A stretch of 64,000 bases of DNA from a virus (IMGVR_UViG_3300035425_000025:1-64000); one strand, 5' to 3'; counted from the stretch's first letter, positions 48,121-57,611 are shown. Notes: a model not told the origin generated them from the letters alone. Program-made: numbers and translations.

Positions 48121-48306
48121 ATGGATTATAAGGAATGGGAATCTTTAAAAACTGGAGATAGAGTAAAAAGACTTTTTGAAGGCGCAGGAACCATTATCGC
48201 AAGTTGTGGCATTGGACGTGTGGTTAGATTTGATAGTGGAAAAGTAGAAAGAATATCTGATGGAGATTTACATAAGATAGTCAGTCGAAAGAAAGGTGAC
48301 GATTAA
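48121..48306 (+). CDS. SH3-like small protein
   Basis: GAGGTG RBS; LKTGDRVK...G.GTI...VRFDSG. Confidence 0.6.
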   Translation: MDYKEWESLKTGDRVKRLFEGAGTIIASCGIGRVVRFDSGKVERISDGDLHKIVSRKKGDD

Positions 48307-48489
48307 ATGAAAGTATTATATTGTGATTGTTGTAAGCGTAAAATTGGAGACTATGAACAGGTGTATTCTATTGAAATAAAACATGGAGTTGATAATGAAT
48401 TTATATTAGATGATGTTTGCGATGAGTGTTATGAAAAATTCAAAGATATTATAGAAAATGCTGAAAGATGGAGACAAAATAGGCAATAA
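48307..48489 (+). CDS. Small Zn-finger protein
   Basis: CDCC...CDEC. Confidence 0.7.
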   Translation: MKVLYCDCCKRKIGDYEQVYSIEIKHGVDNEFILDDVCDECYEKFKDIIENAERWRQNRQ

Positions 48490-48553
48490 ATGTCTGATTT
48501 TATAGATATAGAAAAAGTATTATTGTATATTTTTGAACTAAGGAGTTAAATCT

Positions 48554-49261
48554 ATGAAAAAGTACACAGATTTGGATAAAGAATTAAAAAAAATAAGGCA
48601 TAAATGGGAATATGATTTATATGAAGTGAACTTAGAATCTCAGAATATAATTGATAAGTTTTATAAAGAAGATATTTCTGAAAATGATATGATGTGTAGA
48701 AAATATCAATTAGAATTATACCTTAATAGAAGAAATATTTTATTCTTCCCAATTATAATAACTATAATTTTTGGACTTTTGGTAAATCTAGTTTTTAATA
48801 AAATTAGTAGTATTCCTAATTTTATTGAAATGTTTCAAAAATTACAGTCCATACCTACTACGCCAGAAAATATGTTTGAACTCATAAAGTTATATGCTGT
48901 GTTAATTATTTTGTTTATTTTGGTGGTGCTTGTTTTTGTTTCTGTATTTTTTATCCCCTTCCCGCCACTTTATTTTGTGATTGAACTTGGAGAGAATAAG
49001 GTACATCAGAGGGAATACGAACTAAAAATTTTAGGGGATAAAATAAATAAAAAATTAGAAGAAAATAAAAATGGGAAAGAATATAGTTCAGATATCAGAA
49101 AAAAACCGAAAATCAAATTTATTTTTTTATCCATTTTTATGATAATCATATCTATTGTAATTGGTATATATTGGAGATTGACATTGGATAAAATATTATT
49201 AATAGATTTATTTGGCATTATGTGTGGATATTTCATAACAAAGATAGATATAGATAAATAG
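48554..49261 (+). CDS. Multi-pass membrane protein
   Basis: About 4 hydrophobic segments; bounded by sites at 48487 and 49259. Confidence 0.7.
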   Translation: MKKYTDLDKELKKIRHKWEYDLYEVNLESQNIIDKFYKEDISENDMMCRKYQLELYLNRRNILFFPIIITIIFGLLVNLVFNKISSIPNFIEMFQKLQSIPTTPENMFELIKLYAVLIILFILVVLVFVSVFFIPFPPLYFVIELGENKVHQREYELKILGDKINKKLEENKNGKEYSSDIRKKPKIKFIFLSIFMIIISIVIGIYWRLTLDKILLIDLFGIMCGYFITKIDIDK

Positions 49262-49286
49262 AATTCGATTTTCATTAGGAGGTTTT

Positions 49287-49556
49287 ATGGAAGAATTATT
49301 ACAAAGCAAAGGATTTAGTCTCAATACTTATCCAGAAGGAAAGTTTTGGGAGCTAACAGTTGAAGACAATGAGAATTTAAAATTGAAAATCTGTAAGATA
49401 TTCAATGCAGAAATTGAAGTAACTGTAAACGGATCAGATATAGAAACACTCATCTTACAATGTGCAGAGGATTTTACAAAATGTATTTTCTATTATGACT
49501 GTAATCCATTTGATATGGAAACTGATGATTTTATGAAGTGTGTGAAGAAGATATAG
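49287..49556 (+). CDS. Hypothetical protein
   Basis: AGGAGG RBS inside the site's 3' extension. Confidence 0.7.
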   Translation: MEELLQSKGFSLNTYPEGKFWELTVEDNENLKLKICKIFNAEIEVTVNGSDIETLILQCAEDFTKCIFYYDCNPFDMETDDFMKCVKKI

Positions 49557-49577
49557 TTGAAATGAAGGAGATAGATT

Positions 49578-49781
49578 ATGATAACAGGAGATAGAAAGTT
49601 AGGGTTTCAATATAGAGATTTAATTATTGAGCAACTTAAAAAAGAAATAAATCCAAGTGAAGAAAGACTACAAAAGATGATTAATAGACTTAATAATGCT
49701 TCTTCTGATGAATTAGAAAGAGTCTATGAAGCATTTGATAGATTTGGTGTGCAATCAATTATGGATGCAGTTTGTGAGTAA
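49578..49781 (+). CDS. Hypothetical protein
   Basis: 67 aa, AAGGAG RBS. Confidence 0.7.
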   Translation: MITGDRKLGFQYRDLIIEQLKKEINPSEERLQKMINRLNNASSDELERVYEAFDRFGVQSIMDAVCE

Positions 49782-49797
49782 GATTGGAGAAAATATT

Positions 49798-49950
49798 ATG
49801 AATAATGAATTGTATAGAGTAATATATAAAGGAGTAAATGGATGATTCCAGTTAAGTGATGATATGGATTTTGATGCAGCGTGTCAATTTAGAAACAAAT
49901 GTTTAAACATTGGATATGACACCGCTTATGTAATTCAGATTGTGGAGTGA
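49798..49950 (+). pseudogene. 50-codon ORF interrupted by in-frame TGA
   Basis: MNNELYRVIYKGVNG*FQLSDDMDF...; TGA at 49843-49845, frame continues to TGA 49950. Confidence 0.5.
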
Positions 49951-50261
49951 TAGTAGATATGATGGAGATGAATTATAAACCTAAATTTTATGATTGTATA
50001 TTAAATGGAATAAGAACGGAAGGAAGTAAGCACTTATTTCATTTAACAGAAAAAAACACTGATGAAAAAAATCAAATGCAGATTGAGGTGGATCAGCCAT
50101 CAGATTTGATTTTAGAAAGAATGAAGGAATGCATTCTTGGGAAAAGAAAAATACTATATTTAACCAATGGAATGAGAGATATTGATGTATCTTATCTTGG
50201 AGATAATAAATGGCAGTTATTTGATGAGTTTGATATTTTTGAGTTTGAGATGAGTGTATAA
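49947..50261 (+). CDS. Hypothetical protein
   Basis: 104 aa. Confidence 0.7.
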   Translation: MIVDMMEMNYKPKFYDCILNGIRTEGSKHLFHLTEKNTDEKNQMQIEVDQPSDLILERMKECILGKRKILYLTNGMRDIDVSYLGDNKWQLFDEFDIFEFEMSV

Positions 50262-50293
50262 GAGCAGATAATTTTTAGAGGTGATGGTTAAAA

Positions 50294-50455
50294 ATGATTA
50301 CTTGGAAATGTTTATATAAGTTGGATAAAGAAGAATTGTCAGGAATTGTAAATGACATTAAGAACGGTGAAAGTTATACTATTTTTGGTTGGGAAGATAC
50401 ATATCCGACAGATGATGATATTTTGAAGTATGCTGCTAGATGTGGGGTGAGGTGA
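50294..50455 (+). CDS. 53-aa hypothetical protein
   Basis: GAGGTG RBS; MITWKCLYKLDKEE... Confidence 0.6.
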   Translation: MITWKCLYKLDKEELSGIVNDIKNGESYTIFGWEDTYPTDDDILKYAARCGVR

Positions 50456-50460
50456 TTGAT

Positions 50461-50616
50461 ATGAATAGAAAAATGAATAATCCTTCTTGGTGCTGTGATA
50501 AGATAGAAGAATTGCTACAAGAATATAAAAATAAGCAAGAAGATTCTCATGATCCAGCAGAATATGAGACATATAAAGAAGTTATTGAAGATTTGGAGAA
50601 GATTTTATATGAATGA
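50461..50616 (+). CDS. 51-aa hypothetical protein
   Basis: GAGGTG RBS; MNRKMNNPSWCCDKIEE... Confidence 0.6.
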   Translation: MNRKMNNPSWCCDKIEELLQEYKNKQEDSHDPAEYETYKEVIEDLEKILYE

Positions 50617-51012
50617 TTGGAGAATGTGAGTATGGATAAGAAATTCAAACATGGAGATAGAGTTTATCACAGAAATTTGAAGCAATATGGATTCTTTATT
50701 GGATATGCATGGGAATCTGAGGAAGAATGCGATGTGGATTTTGAAACAGAAGATGGAGAAATTGAGCAGAAACACGTAAGTGTTAGTTGGTTGGAACCAG
50801 CGCAGAAAACATACAATAAAGAAGTTATGGAAGCTCTTAGACAGCGCAGAGGATTAGAACCTGGCGATGCATCACAGGATGCAGAAATTATGAGTATGGC
50901 GAAACAGGATATATTTAATGAATATTGCCAGTGGAATGGGTTACTTGGTGGATATGGATATTTGTTATTGAATGTTGTGGAAAATATTTATGATATAAAT
51001 TTGCAACAGTAA
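50617..51012 (+). CDS. Hypothetical protein (SH3-like N-terminus)
   Basis: KFKHGDRVYH...G. Confidence 0.7.
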   Translation: MENVSMDKKFKHGDRVYHRNLKQYGFFIGYAWESEEECDVDFETEDGEIEQKHVSVSWLEPAQKTYNKEVMEALRQRRGLEPGDASQDAEIMSMAKQDIFNEYCQWNGLLGGYGYLLLNVVENIYDINLQQ

Positions 51013-51021
51013 ATTTTTAGA

Positions 51022-51402
51022 TTGGAGGATATCATGCTTGATGTTGGATTAGATAATGGTAAATATACTTCGTGTTTAAATTGTAACGAGAAGCAAGATG
51101 AATATAGAAAAATATATTCAATTACTATAGGAAATTTGAATCCATTAAAAATAAATTTATGTACCGAATGCATGGGCGTGTTGGTTTCTAAAATGACATA
51201 TGCGTTTAATATGGAATTTCCAAATAATGATAAGACAGATTACGATACTGAATTGGAAATTGAAAGCAAATTAAGAATTTTACTTAATAAGAAAATTTCT
51301 GGAACTTGGAATGAAGATTGTCAAAAGGAATTAGATTCTCTTAACGAAGAAAAAATGTGCAATTCTCATAGATTGCTTTATAGAGATGTTTGTAATTGGT
51401 AA
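51022..51402 (+). CDS. Zn-finger hypothetical protein
   Basis: CLNC...LCTEC. Confidence 0.7.
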   Translation: MEDIMLDVGLDNGKYTSCLNCNEKQDEYRKIYSITIGNLNPLKINLCTECMGVLVSKMTYAFNMEFPNNDKTDYDTELEIESKLRILLNKKISGTWNEDCQKELDSLNEEKMCNSHRLLYRDVCNW

Positions 51403-51449
51403 ATGATAGTCTTGAAATCCGGTTTTCATTTGTATAGGGGGATAAAAAT

Positions 51450-52220
51450 ATGTTAGGAAAATTTGAATTTAATATACAAGAATATATCAGCATAAGAAGT
51501 GAAATGTGTCAGCGAATATCAGTAATTAATGCACAATCTCATACGGCTATATTAACAATAATTACTGCTTTTGGAGCAGGAATCACGCTGAACTATAACG
51601 CACAAGTTGATAAAATTGACAATATGACTGGTTTTATTTCGTTAAATATTATTCGTTGCCTTATTTTTATTATACCAATATTGTATTTATTTCCGTTAGC
51701 AGTAAAGAGTGGAGAGAATTTAATTCAGATAGCATCCTTATCTGCATATATAAGAGTTTTTTATGATTATATATCGAATGACAATAATAAGATGAATTGG
51801 GAAACATCAAATAATATTTTGAGTAATGCCAATATTGACAGAGGGAAAAGAAGTTTTTATATGAAATTTTATAATGAAGAATATACAGTATTAGCATGTA
51901 TTTCTTTTGTTTTGTATATTATATTTTCAATTATATCTATTATTATACTTGATCCAGTTATTGAGAGAAAATATTTGATTATTATTATTGCAACTTATAT
52001 TATTCTTGGAGCTGGATTAATAGAAATAATAGTGGCTATACATAAAAGTTCTGGAATGAAAAATACATTGATGAAGTATACACCTATTTATATAGAGGGT
52101 TACATTAAAAGAGCAATAGAAATGGGGATTATAAAGAATACTGATATTGAAGTAGTAAAGGAAGAACTTAATCCTTATAAAGAAATAGAAATTGGGTTTT
52201 GGAAAAGAACCAATATATAA
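51450..52220 (+). CDS. Multi-pass membrane protein (candidate defence or exclusion)
   Basis: About 4 TM segments; flanked by perfect sites at 51413 and 52229. Confidence 0.7.
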   Translation: MLGKFEFNIQEYISIRSEMCQRISVINAQSHTAILTIITAFGAGITLNYNAQVDKIDNMTGFISLNIIRCLIFIIPILYLFPLAVKSGENLIQIASLSAYIRVFYDYISNDNNKMNWETSNNILSNANIDRGKRSFYMKFYNEEYTVLACISFVLYIIFSIISIIILDPVIERKYLIIIIATYIILGAGLIEIIVAIHKSSGMKNTLMKYTPIYIEGYIKRAIEMGIIKNTDIEVVKEELNPYKEIEIGFWKRTNI

Positions 52221-52258
52221 TTATAACATGAAATGTTGCTTTCAAGAGGAGAAAAATT

Positions 52259-52474
52259 ATGATTTGCTTGGATTGTGGTAATATGGATATTAGATATGAT
52301 GAAAAAGAAAAATCGTATCATTGTAATAATTGTGGTTCTCGTAATTTAGGAAAAAGAAAAGATGGGTGTATGCATATGAGAGATAATGGATTATGTGGTA
52401 AAAATCCGGCTGCCACATCATCAGGAGAGTGTGAGGCTCCTTGTAGTTATTATGAAAGCGGTTTTAGATCATAA
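52259..52474 (+). CDS. Cys-rich Zn-ribbon protein
   Basis: CLDC...CNNC. Confidence 0.7.
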   Translation: MICLDCGNMDIRYDEKEKSYHCNNCGSRNLGKRKDGCMHMRDNGLCGKNPAATSSGECEAPCSYYESGFRS

Positions 52475-52556
52475 ATTTTGTTGACTTGTATATAATAACG
52501 ACATATAATATAAGTACAATAATCAGTACGGTTTTAAGTACGGAAAGAGGTGCGTT

Positions 52557-52814
52557 ATGATTGCAACGAAACAGATGGATGTAAGAGCAAATATAAAAAA
52601 ATATTTTGATATGGCATTTGATGGGGAACCAGTGATTGTTTCCCGTAAAGAGAATAGAAATGTTGTTATAATATCTGAAGCAGAATATAACGAATTAGCA
52701 AAAGCTAAAAAGAATGCTGAATATTTAGCGAAATTAAATAGAGCAGACGAACAGATTAAAAATGGACAGGTAGTAACAAAAACTATGGATGAACTTCTGG
52801 CAATGGAGGAATAG
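52557..52814 (+). CDS. yefM: Phd/YefM antitoxin
   Basis: EPVIVSRKENRNVVIISEAEYN...NAEYL; own promoter with GTACGG repeats. Confidence 0.85.
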   Translation: MIATKQMDVRANIKKYFDMAFDGEPVIVSRKENRNVVIISEAEYNELAKAKKNAEYLAKLNRADEQIKNGQVVTKTMDELLAMEE

Positions 52815-52817
52815 TCT

Positions 52818-53081
52818 ATGAAAATCACTTTTGCAGAAGAAGGATGGAGTGAATATCTCTATTGGCAGACTCAGGATAAGAAAATAGTAAAGAAAATAAA
52901 CCAGTTGTTACAAAGCATAGAACGTGATGGAGTATTACAGGGAATAGGTAAGCCAGAGCCATTAAAATACGGAAAGTCTGGTTCATTCAGTAGGCGAATA
53001 GATGAAGCAAATCGCTTGGTTTATGAAGTTTCTGATGACCAAATTATTGTAAAATCTTGTAAGGGACATTATAATGACTGA
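52818..53081 (+). CDS. yoeB: Txe/YoeB toxin
   Basis: W.EYLYWQ.QDKK..KKIN.L...GIGKPEPLKY...SRRIDE.NRLVY...GHY. Confidence 0.92.
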   Translation: MKITFAEEGWSEYLYWQTQDKKIVKKINQLLQSIERDGVLQGIGKPEPLKYGKSGSFSRRIDEANRLVYEVSDDQIIVKSCKGHYND

Positions 53082-53191
53082 TATAGGGGTTGAGATAATC
53101 AATCCCTATAGTTAAAATCGGAGAAGCAAAATAGGATTTAAAATGCTGTTTTTTTGGAATATAGATAAAAATATTTGTACATAAATGAGGT

Positions 53192-54082
53192 ATGAGAATG
53201 ATATGGGAATATGAAATTAATGACGATGATAAAGAATTTATAGAGAAAAATTCAAAATCCATTGAAATAAAATTAAATGGAAACAGACCTTATTTTATAG
53301 AAGATTATAAAAATCAACTAGGAGGAAGAGATTATTATTTTTCAGAGGTGAATGAAAGGCGTTGTGGAGTGGCATTTGCTTGTATCAAAAATGATACTAT
53401 ATCTAATCCATATAATAGAACGAATAGTTTAAACAAGAGATATCAAATACATTCTAAACCATCAGGATTTCCGAAATCAAAGGAAGAGAATACTGTAAAT
53501 AAAAAATTGATATTTCAACGTTGTCATTTGATTGGATATAATTTGTATAAAATAAGGAATGATAAGGGTGAAGAAAATGCGAATTTAAAAAAGATTTTTA
53601 CTGGCACACGTTTTATGAATAATGTGATGTATTATTATGAAAAAAGGATTTATAATTATGTGTACAACACAGAAAATAAAGTTTTATATCGTGTGACACC
53701 TTATTTTAAAGAGAGTAACAAACGTGACAAGCTTGTGTTTGGTGTTCAAATGGAGGCAATGTTCATTAATGAAAATGGTAATGAAGATGAAGATTTATCA
53801 TTTAACGTTTTTGTGTATAATAAGCAACCAGATATTCTTTTTGAATATGGAACTGGGGAAATTTTAAAAGATGAATCAATAAATTTAATAGAAAAAATGT
53901 CAAAAATAGATCGCAAATATATTATTAATAAAAAAAGTAAAAGGTTTCATTTAGAGTGTTGTGCTAGCGTTGGTTCTATAGACAAGGAGAAGATGCAAGA
54001 GTTTTGTGGAAAACGAGAGGAACTTAATAATTTAGAGTTTAAGTGTTATCCATGTAAAATATGTGATTCTGGTACTAAATGA
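53192..54082 (+). CDS. His-Me DNA/RNA non-specific endonuclease with C-terminal Zn module
   Basis: FQRCHLIGY, FTGTRFMN, LYRVTPYF, GVQMEA, FNVFVYN.QP; no signal peptide seen. Confidence 0.75.
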   Translation: MRMIWEYEINDDDKEFIEKNSKSIEIKLNGNRPYFIEDYKNQLGGRDYYFSEVNERRCGVAFACIKNDTISNPYNRTNSLNKRYQIHSKPSGFPKSKEENTVNKKLIFQRCHLIGYNLYKIRNDKGEENANLKKIFTGTRFMNNVMYYYEKRIYNYVYNTENKVLYRVTPYFKESNKRDKLVFGVQMEAMFINENGNEDEDLSFNVFVYNKQPDILFEYGTGEILKDESINLIEKMSKIDRKYIINKKSKRFHLECCASVGSIDKEKMQEFCGKREELNNLEFKCYPCKICDSGTK

Positions 54083-54116
54083 AAGGCTGGTTTTATCTAA
54101 TCGGATTGGAGGGTGT

Positions 54117-54260
54117 ATGAAGTGTTTGTTAAAAATATTTGGTATATTAACAATAAATGAAATCGTTCCATATAGAGAACATCCAAACCCCAAATTTGCA
54201 TATGTTTATTACGGAAAAGGATGGCATACTGTGCCGATTGAAGATATAAAAATATTGTAA
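54117..54260 (+). CDS. 47-aa hypothetical protein
   Basis: GGAGGG RBS; bounded by sites at 54080 and 54261. Confidence 0.6.
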   Translation: MKCLLKIFGILTINEIVPYREHPNPKFAYVYYGKGWHTVPIEDIKIL

Positions 54261-54304
54261 TGAAATTCTAGTTTGATGGTTTATGGACAGAAAAGAGGTG
54301 TGAT

Positions 54305-55039
54305 ATGAGTAACGATAAAGAATTCTTAAAGTTTCTTCTGGAACGATCTAAAATTGAAAGAGAACGATTTGACAGATCTGGAGTGTATGCGTATACTCAA
54401 CGCCTACTTGCTTATAACTCAAATAAGATTGAAGGTAGCACACTTACCGAGGAGCAAACAGCTTCTTTGTTTGATAATGGAACTTTGCCAAAATCAGATG
54501 ATTATTACAGAGCAAAAGATGTTGAGGAGATGAATGGTCATTTCCTAATGTTCAATAAGATGTTGGATGCATTGGATGAGTCGTTATCACAGGAACTGAT
54601 AAAGCAATTCCATTATGAGCTAAAGTCTGGAGTATTTGAAGATAGGGCTAATGGATATGCTATCGGCGATTATAAGCAGCGTCCTAATATGATTGGTATG
54701 TATCAAACTGTAAGACCTGAGAATGTTACACAACAAATGTATATACTTATGGATTGGTATAATAACCAGGAAGTAGATATTTCTGTATTGGCTGAATTTC
54801 ATGCTAGGTATGAGAGTATTCACCCTTTTCAAGATGGAAATGGTAGAACAGGCAGATTGATTCTTTTTAGAGAGTGTATGAAGAATGGTATCGTACCGAT
54901 TGTGATTGAATATGCGAATAGAAATGAGTATCTGGAGGCCATAAAAGAATATAGAGAAGAAAAAGCTCTGAGTAAACTGATAAGTTTGTTTGAAAAAGAG
55001 CAACAATTCTATTTAGAAAAGTGTAAATATTTTATGTAG
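54305..55039 (+). CDS. Fic-domain protein
   Basis: HPFQDGNGRTGR; YNSNKIEG. Confidence 0.92.
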   Translation: MSNDKEFLKFLLERSKIERERFDRSGVYAYTQRLLAYNSNKIEGSTLTEEQTASLFDNGTLPKSDDYYRAKDVEEMNGHFLMFNKMLDALDESLSQELIKQFHYELKSGVFEDRANGYAIGDYKQRPNMIGMYQTVRPENVTQQMYILMDWYNNQEVDISVLAEFHARYESIHPFQDGNGRTGRLILFRECMKNGIVPIVIEYANRNEYLEAIKEYREEKALSKLISLFEKEQQFYLEKCKYFM

Positions 55040-55059
55040 AATATATTGGAGGTGATAAA

Positions 55060-55338
55060 GTGGTAAAATTAAAAGTTGGAAGAAATGTATTTGATATAGA
55101 TAATAATGATTTAATTCTTGATAATGGTGCTTGTTATCAAATTATAACTAAAGAAATTAGAAAAGGTTTTGATAGAATTACTCCTAAAATAAGTAGTAAA
55201 TTATTTAATGATTTAAAAAAGTATGAATTGATATTTACAAGTGAAGAATTAAGACAAGTTGCAATTGAAAAGTATGGAAATTTTGTAGTGACATTTTGGA
55301 AATTTAATATCGATCAAATGCAGAAAATGGGTTATTAG
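55060..55338 (+). CDS. Hypothetical protein
   Basis: GGAGGTG RBS. Confidence 0.7.
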   Translation: MVKLKVGRNVFDIDNNDLILDNGACYQIITKEIRKGFDRITPKISSKLFNDLKKYELIFTSEELRQVAIEKYGNFVVTFWKFNIDQMQKMGY

Positions 55339-55375
55339 CAGATGAATGTTCAGCTTTATTTGGAGATAAATATTT

Positions 55376-56281
55376 ATGGAAAAATTAATAAATACAATTG
55401 AAGATTTTTTGAAAGCATCTTTTCAGATACAAGAATATATAGAATTATACAACAATGATTGGAAAGCTACTCATCATAAGGGATTAGCTTTTAGGGGTCA
55501 ATCAAATAAAAGCTATGAATTAGTTCCATCCATCGGAAGAGATAGAAAATTTTCTTGTGATGTTTCTATTTTAAATCAAGAGCGAAATTTAATAGAAATG
55601 GCAAAATATAAATTGCCGCATATATTTCGATCAGATTTATTGCCGATTGATTTATTATCTTTGTTGCAACATTATGGAATACCTACGAGATTATTAGATG
55701 TAACTTCAAATCCATTAGTATCACTATATTTTGCTTCTATGGATGATAATGAAGATGGAGAAGTAGTTGTTTTTGAGTATAATGATAGTGATAGAGCTAA
55801 TTACCCAATTATTAATGCAATTTCTGAATCGTATAAATTTGCATTTGGAACATTTAATCCTCTTTCTTTGTTTTTTAATGACGCAATTAAGCAACCATAT
55901 TTTTCAGAGCAAATAAGTTTTCTTAGTAATGAGGATAATAAAGCTGGCGGGCGTTGGGTAAAGGAATGTTGTAGTGATTTGATTTTTGTGAATGCAACTG
56001 AACAGATAGAGCGACAAAAATTACAGCAAGGATTTTACATATTATTTCCTAATGAAATAACTGAATATGGAAACGATGACTATTGTTTCAATAAAATAAT
56101 TGAGCCAATTGATAAAAACAATAAACAGATTAAAGAAAGACTGATTATTAAAAAAGAAGGCAAGAAAGAGATCCGTAAAAAATTAGAATTTTTAGGGATT
56201 TGTGAAGCAACATTATTTGCTGACAATACAGATATCGTATGTAAAAGCATAGTAAATCAATGTAAAAAGATACGGTATTAA
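55376..56281 (+). CDS. FRG-domain protein
   Basis: AFRGQS...LVPSIGR, LLQHYGIPTRLLDVTSNPLV.LYFA. Confidence 0.9.
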   Translation: MEKLINTIEDFLKASFQIQEYIELYNNDWKATHHKGLAFRGQSNKSYELVPSIGRDRKFSCDVSILNQERNLIEMAKYKLPHIFRSDLLPIDLLSLLQHYGIPTRLLDVTSNPLVSLYFASMDDNEDGEVVVFEYNDSDRANYPIINAISESYKFAFGTFNPLSLFFNDAIKQPYFSEQISFLSNEDNKAGGRWVKECCSDLIFVNATEQIERQKLQQGFYILFPNEITEYGNDDYCFNKIIEPIDKNNKQIKERLIIKKEGKKEIRKKLEFLGICEATLFADNTDIVCKSIVNQCKKIRY

Positions 56282-56316
56282 AAGTGAAATTTAATTGGTA
56301 CTGAAGGAGAAAATAA

Positions 56317-57327
56317 ATGGAAAATACTAATATATTAGTTATAGGCAATGGATTTGATTTATATCATGAATTAAAAACAAGTTACACAGATTTTGTCAGA
56401 TTTTGTGAAGAAATATTAAAGACAGAAAAAGGAACCAAGGGCAGAAAGTGGGCTATAAGTAATTCTTTTGTAAATTGTTTTATAAAGGTGGCTTCCGAAA
56501 ATCAAAAGTGGATTGATTGTGAGAGAGAAATAGAAAAAATTGTAACTATGTTTTTGAAAATAATGCATGATAGAAATGTTTTTGATATCATTCCTCATTA
56601 TATAGATAAGGACAATACTACGCTTGAACCGTATGAGTTTGATATACTAAGATTAATGAATAGGTTTTGTGAAATGTCAAATATACAGAAAATAAAGATA
56701 CGAGATGATTACTTTAAAACTTATGAGGGAATTAATAAAAAATTAGTGATGGAAAAACTAAAAGATGATTTAAATGATTTAATTAATCTGTTTAAGTATT
56801 ATTTGGAGGAGAAAGTAATAAACCAACCAGTTAAAAAGTTTTCTAAACAAATAGAAAAAATAAACCCGGATTATGTTATAAATTTTAATTATACTAATAC
56901 ATGTGAAAAATATGGTGTAAATAAGCAGGACATATGTTATATACATGGATCAGTACAGGATAATAATATGGTGTTGGGAATAAGAGATATTGATGAAAAG
57001 GATATAAATTCCATATATTTTAAAAAATTTTTTCAAAGGATACAAAAGCATACAGATACAATTCAATGGAATAGGTTCGGAGAAAATCGAAGTCATACTG
57101 AAACAACGAGAGAAGCTACTACATATTTTTTTGGTCATTCTTTAAGTAATACAGATGGTGATATAATACGAAGTATATTTGAAAACTCATGTAAAATAAT
57201 CATCTTTCATTTATATGGGAAAAAAGATTATGAAGAAAAGGTTATTAATCTTATAGACACACTGGGAAAAGAAAATGTTATACAAGGAATATATTCTGGG
57301 CGTATTGAACTTGTTCCAATAAAATAA
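56317..57327 (+). CDS. AbiH-family abortive-infection protein
   Basis: ILVIGNGFDL.H.LKTSY.DF, INFNYT, YIHG, FFGHSL..TD. Confidence 0.85.
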   Translation: MENTNILVIGNGFDLYHELKTSYTDFVRFCEEILKTEKGTKGRKWAISNSFVNCFIKVASENQKWIDCEREIEKIVTMFLKIMHDRNVFDIIPHYIDKDNTTLEPYEFDILRLMNRFCEMSNIQKIKIRDDYFKTYEGINKKLVMEKLKDDLNDLINLFKYYLEEKVINQPVKKFSKQIEKINPDYVINFNYTNTCEKYGVNKQDICYIHGSVQDNNMVLGIRDIDEKDINSIYFKKFFQRIQKHTDTIQWNRFGENRSHTETTREATTYFFGHSLSNTDGDIIRSIFENSCKIIIFHLYGKKDYEEKVINLIDTLGKENVIQGIYSGRIELVPIK

Positions 57328-57341
57328 CTATTTTGCCATAT

Positions 57342-57378
57342 AAAAAATGAGAGGACTGAAAGAAATCAGTCCTCTTTT
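57342..57378. terminator. Bidirectional terminator
   Basis: GAGGACTGA/TCAGTCCTC with A- and T-tracts. Confidence 0.7.
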
Positions 57379-57611
57379 TGATGAAGAACAGGATCGTTTG
57401 TACGCCCAACAAGATAATCAATTGAAACATCAAAATAGTCAGCAAGTTTGATTAACATATCTAAGCTTGGTTTTTTGTTTCCGTTTTCAAAATTACCAAT
57501 AGTACCCCTTGTGGTTTCAATTTCTTTACCAAGCTGCTCCATAGTAAGTTTTTTGGAAGTCCTTAATTCTTTTAGTCTTTCAGAAAAACTAGGGAAAAAG
57601 AAAAAAAACAT
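57366..57611 (-). CDS. XRE-family repressor (CI-like)
   Basis: FSERLKELR...TMEQLG...GTIGNFENG.KKPSLDML.KLADYFDVS.DYL.GR; GAGGTG RBS before ATG 57611. Confidence 0.9.
   Translation of the reverse strand: MFFFFFPSFSERLKELRTSKKLTMEQLGKEIETTRGTIGNFENGNKKPSLDMLIKLADYFDVSIDYLVGRTNDPVLHQKED

Larger units (their letters stand above)
33737..57335 (+). repeat. Array of TRAAA-N6-TTTYA palindromic sites at gene junctions
   Basis: Sites start at 33737, 36285, 37325, 37837, 38104, 38588, 42671, 43317, 45124, 47630, 48487, 49259, 51413, 52229, 53139, 54080, 54261, 55343, 56279, 57320. Confidence 0.75.
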
